Source: Tricharina praecox | Lineage: Eukaryota | Reading direction: 5' to 3' | Length of the DNA: 64,000 nt | Assembly: GCF_024521635.1 (NCBI RefSeq) | Contig: NW_026250404.1 | Location: 1,798,001 to 1,862,000 of the forward strand | Shown here: one piece after another, positions 61,501 to 64,000 of the stretch | How the letters are laid out: every line of letters begins with the position of its first letter | How positions within the stretch are numbered: the first letter of the stretch is position 1 | Notes under the pieces: model-generated | What the model saw: only the letters and a program-made list of their open reading frames with translations | Told to the model about the DNA's origin: nothing | The model's database searches: none | Made by a program: the position numbers and the translations under genes

Positions 61501-63963
61501 CTTCAGAGGGATAGGGAGCGAATAAAGGAGTTGCAACGTCAACTGAAAGAGAAGGAGCGGGAGAAGGCCGAAGCCGAAGCCGAGGCTCTGCGCACGGAAC
61601 ACGAAGAGCTTGAGCAGAAACGGGAGAAAGAGCGGCAACGGGAGATAGCCCGTGAAAAGGAGAGAGAGAGGATTCGGGAGGAGAAACGGAAGAAGAAGTT
61701 GGCTGAGAAAGCTGCTGAGACTCAAAGGTTGAAGGAACAGAAACAGAAGGAGAGAGAAAGTCGGGCCGCTAAGGAACAAGAGAAGGAACGAGAGCGGGAG
61801 AGAAAGAAGCAACAGAAGCTTCATCTCCCGCAGCCACCGCAGCAACCGGCCGCTAGGAGGGAGTCCAAACTGATACTTCCTACAATCTCTTCGGGGAAAT
61901 CGACGCCTGTTAGACAGAGCCCTGTTCCAACCCAGGTCGAACGAGCTGAGCCGCGCAGACCTGCATCGGCGTTATTGCTCCCTACTCTGACGTCGATACC
62001 TCTATTGGAAACTTCCAACCAACCGCCATCACTACCACAGCAGCAACAACCTCTTCCTCCCTCGCCCCCCCTCCCTCCTCCAGCTCCTCCAGCACCTCAA
62101 CAACAATCCCAACAACCGATTCAACAGCAGCATTACCAAGAGCCGACGATGCCGTATAGTCATGACTACGATATTCACCCGCATCAGGAGATGCTCTACC
62201 AACAGCCGCTCGTACAGCAGCAGTTGCAGCCGATGAATCAACACCAAATGTACCCTGCGACATCTGCCATCGACCCAGCTCTTTATGCCAACCACAACCA
62301 TAATCAACTGGTGCCCTCGATGGTGCACGACCCGAACATGTTGATGGCGTATCACCAGCCTGTTATGGAGAGCAAGCCCAGAAAGGAGAAGGCTGCGCCG
62401 AGACCGAAGAAGCTGCGTTCTCCATCGCCAGAGATCAACGAGGCTGATCTGGCCCCGGAGCTCCTCATCAAGCCCAACGTTTCGTATGTTGTTATGATTC
62501 ACGAAGCAATCCTCAACTCGGCGGATAAGGTCCTTTCATTACCTCAAATTTACAAAGCCATCGAGACCAAATACCCATACTACAAGTTCAAGGTCCAAAC
62601 TCAGGGCTGGCAGAGCAGTGTGCGGCATAACCTTGGACAACATAAGGCGTTTTACAAGGTTGACCGCGCCGGCAAGGGCTGGCTTTGGGGAGTTGTGGAG
62701 GGAGTGAGCATTGAAAAGGAGAAGAAGGGGAATGCTGCGAAGCAAACGATGCCGGGATACGATGGGATGCAGTCTCCGGACGGACGGGGTGCGCATCTGC
62801 AGAACGGCCAGATGATGGGTCATATGGGGGCACCGCCGCCGAATTTTCATCAGCAGCCCAACTACCAGGTCACCAACGGTATGCAACAACCGATGATGCA
62901 AATGCCGCTTCCCCCGCTGCCGCCGCAACAGGTGCCATTGCCTCCCAGCTATATGCCAGCGAAGCAGCACACTCAGCTGTCTGGTTCATCTACTCAGTCC
63001 AGCTCTCGTGCTTTCGAGGCGCCGATTCCTATGCCTACGGCCGGAAACCAGCAATCGGAACAGAAGTCAGACGTCAAGCAGGTCATTTCGGTATTGACTA
63101 GAATCATCGCGCAGAGACAGGCCCAAGCCTCTACGGACCCCAACAGCGCCAAGACCTTGGAGCAACTGAAGAACTTTTTGGCTCAGCTGGCATCCGGCAA
63201 GTCCAGTCCTGCGGCGTTGGCGACGGTTTCGAGTCTGGTCAGCTCCCTCAACCGACCCGATGCCTCCGTACCTAAGGCTTCTCCCACTTCTGTGGCCCCC
63301 CGTGCTGCGTCGCCCCCAGATCCTTCTATGAGTCTGGGTTCACCACCCCTACCGCAGTCAATGTCGACCCCCGTTTCCGCTTCTCCCACGCCGGGACAAA
63401 TCGCTGGAAAGGCTCCCGTCAAAGCTCCCGTGAAATTGACTCCAGGAGTCACGTTTGCGAATCTTGCCCAGCACATCAAGCATATGAGCCCCGAAGAGCG
63501 CGCCGAGTGGACAAGGAAGTTGTTGGAACTCAAACAGCAGAAGGCTGCAGCTGCCGCTGCCAAAGCACAATCGCCGACCAACAATACGCCCTTGACTGTG
63601 GTCGCTCCTATGACTCCGCGCCCAACCACTGCCGGCAAAGCCCCTGTTTCAACCGTCAAGTCCCCGTCACCTGCTGGAACAGCCCCGGCCCCACCTCACC
63701 CAACCCCACCTCACCCAACCACCGCCGGTAAGGCCCCGGTCGGTCTCGGTGCTGGAAAGCGTCCTGTTGGAGCTGGAAAGATGCCTCTAAAATCGCCGCA
63801 GATCACGGATGCTATTAAGAATATGTCTCCGGAAATGATTCAGCAGTATCTCGCCAAGGTCAAGGCTAACCAGGCGATGAAGCGTCCGTTGGAAAGCAGC
63901 AGCTCGGCGGCGGATTCGGGAGAGCCGCCGGCCAAGAAGGTTGATGTTGGAGCGAAGGAGTAG
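58567..63963 (+). CDS. FHL1: FHA plus forkhead transcription factor, Fhl1-like, about 1798 aa, intronless
   Basis: FHA domain (AFLRLDFEDGNVYYI..VFGR..NISRRHARLFYN..GKNGAFVD) and forkhead domain (KPNVSYVVMIHEAI..LSLPQIYKAIETKYPYYK..GWQSSVRHNL..KGWLW). Acidic, coiled-coil and Q/P-rich linkers. Confidence 0.85.
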   Translation: MENRSPGADAPTKPEHELGPPTVDETETEATTEKQPVVTRATSPVAVPIDVDVPPAVEVGVGVGVGPAQEDVEMSGVTDDTTATAVPTATAAELVSETALKATDAMVITTVPEVVTVPEVAPPSPVVVDADIDAAPSSAPPATADVPPPTDVDPASPVRLDADVDLGVDVASAPPAPAAASPPVDVDSTPPVDVDSMPPVDTDAGLGGISTQGDDVEMSGVTDTPDVATPVEVKTQMAPVVSVTTITATVRGAETAPEVSGSASPPAPAMKSPRIGLVAPEVVVEQVAGHMVEQLEESHPQIARNDVEDETATDVAETVAEPTQRVPSPPADTSVLEIASEPDATPLPTRRATSPRITADILEAATPTEIDQAPTQTSTCESMNEPEPETTASISNASPPPVNANVPDPANETDTPNAGPPLANTNISDAPPAPTPSATFPLIDTEISDAPPTPTLSTPSPLAKATSSEIGTIAELEQAQALIPITKASKDFSAAPIRHATPAPLDSANVPEFPNQPETVSIRSVTPPFNTANMPEFATPTQPTNRDLRNIILAAASSVQAQFHHGSVPPSPVVEPGALHELDDFGTPGRRRSSAVGGIAGLEELRNREAVESDRFDQLIQATKFGGDDDSTPVVDAFLRLDFEDGNVYYIRNPSVVFGRAEGSAAGYYSHIGPDGSTIIETGPRGFGRTTSSGLTSMKREKKKRKKKKDEVGVSGKTQSIASESALSRRGPEFAQPPRFRDPFGFADMVEVEEPVIHLPLSNASMGDSAALPLRKNISRRHARLFYNTQKHRFELEIMGKNGAFVDEEYVQAGTTIVVEEKGMKVQIGGISFNVIVPEIPLRQESVEEEEEEEEEEPVVAPPPKFTGGKGKMNYNFQDESGNEDYSENDEDLEMEDVDAGPDSGGEGSIENDSGQESDEDEEAEDDGGSGGDADEEGDQDESSDEDELEDSPSPEPTKPIRPRPMKSIVDIRKREQELQRDRERIKELQRQLKEKEREKAEAEAEALRTEHEELEQKREKERQREIAREKERERIREEKRKKKLAEKAAETQRLKEQKQKERESRAAKEQEKERERERKKQQKLHLPQPPQQPAARRESKLILPTISSGKSTPVRQSPVPTQVERAEPRRPASALLLPTLTSIPLLETSNQPPSLPQQQQPLPPSPPLPPPAPPAPQQQSQQPIQQQHYQEPTMPYSHDYDIHPHQEMLYQQPLVQQQLQPMNQHQMYPATSAIDPALYANHNHNQLVPSMVHDPNMLMAYHQPVMESKPRKEKAAPRPKKLRSPSPEINEADLAPELLIKPNVSYVVMIHEAILNSADKVLSLPQIYKAIETKYPYYKFKVQTQGWQSSVRHNLGQHKAFYKVDRAGKGWLWGVVEGVSIEKEKKGNAAKQTMPGYDGMQSPDGRGAHLQNGQMMGHMGAPPPNFHQQPNYQVTNGMQQPMMQMPLPPLPPQQVPLPPSYMPAKQHTQLSGSSTQSSSRAFEAPIPMPTAGNQQSEQKSDVKQVISVLTRIIAQRQAQASTDPNSAKTLEQLKNFLAQLASGKSSPAALATVSSLVSSLNRPDASVPKASPTSVAPRAASPPDPSMSLGSPPLPQSMSTPVSASPTPGQIAGKAPVKAPVKLTPGVTFANLAQHIKHMSPEERAEWTRKLLELKQQKAAAAAAKAQSPTNNTPLTVVAPMTPRPTTAGKAPVSTVKSPSPAGTAPAPPHPTPPHPTTAGKAPVGLGAGKRPVGAGKMPLKSPQITDAIKNMSPEMIQQYLAKVKANQAMKRPLESSSSAADSGEPPAKKVDVGAKE

Positions 63964-64000
63964 GATCTGGGGGTGATGCTAGCGCAATGCTCTCTTCTCC

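Noticed and set aside
197..63731. Numerous short or antisense ORFs in the ORF track (e.g. 19933-20850, 21270-22127, 25800-26759, 58476-59438)
   Set aside because: They overlap well-supported genes on the other strand or frame and show shadow-type composition with no domains.
3814..63966. Stop-codon readthrough (TGA CTA) producing cryptic peroxisomal isoforms
   Set aside because: None of the called stop codons is in a TGA-CTA context.

Overview
Eukaryotic, gene-dense DNA from a filamentous ascomycete (Pezizomycotina). This is inferred from short GT-AG introns with CTRAY branch sites and from the gene content. I can support 21 protein-coding genes, most of them intron-containing and only partly captured by the ORF track. 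In order: a 5'-truncated coiled-coil protein, cyclophilin-40 (CPR6), a Cdt1-like licensing factor, Inn1/Fic1, a GH10 xylanase, a CSI2-like membrane protein, SNU66, an L1-domain ribosome-biogenesis factor, PPT1, sphingolipid C9-methyltransferase, a WRN-type 3'-5' exonuclease, LSM5, PAN1, RPN3, NUP188, CSN2, a 2OG-Fe(II) oxygenase, SNF7, a divergent protein kinase, TEN1 and an FHL1-like FHA-forkhead factor. I saw no tRNA, rRNA, transposon, CRISPR or biosynthetic cluster, and no convincing novel multi-gene system; the region looks like core genome. The best leads are small-scale. They are five histone-H3K14-like GKxP repeats in the FHL1 tail, four PIP-box-like repeats among CDK sites in Cdt1, a possible nested (twin) intron at the CSN2 3' end, a 10-14 bp motif repeated in four promoters, and active-site substitutions in the kinase and the xylanase. 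Gene models were spliced by eye and family calls come from recognising motifs; no database search was run.
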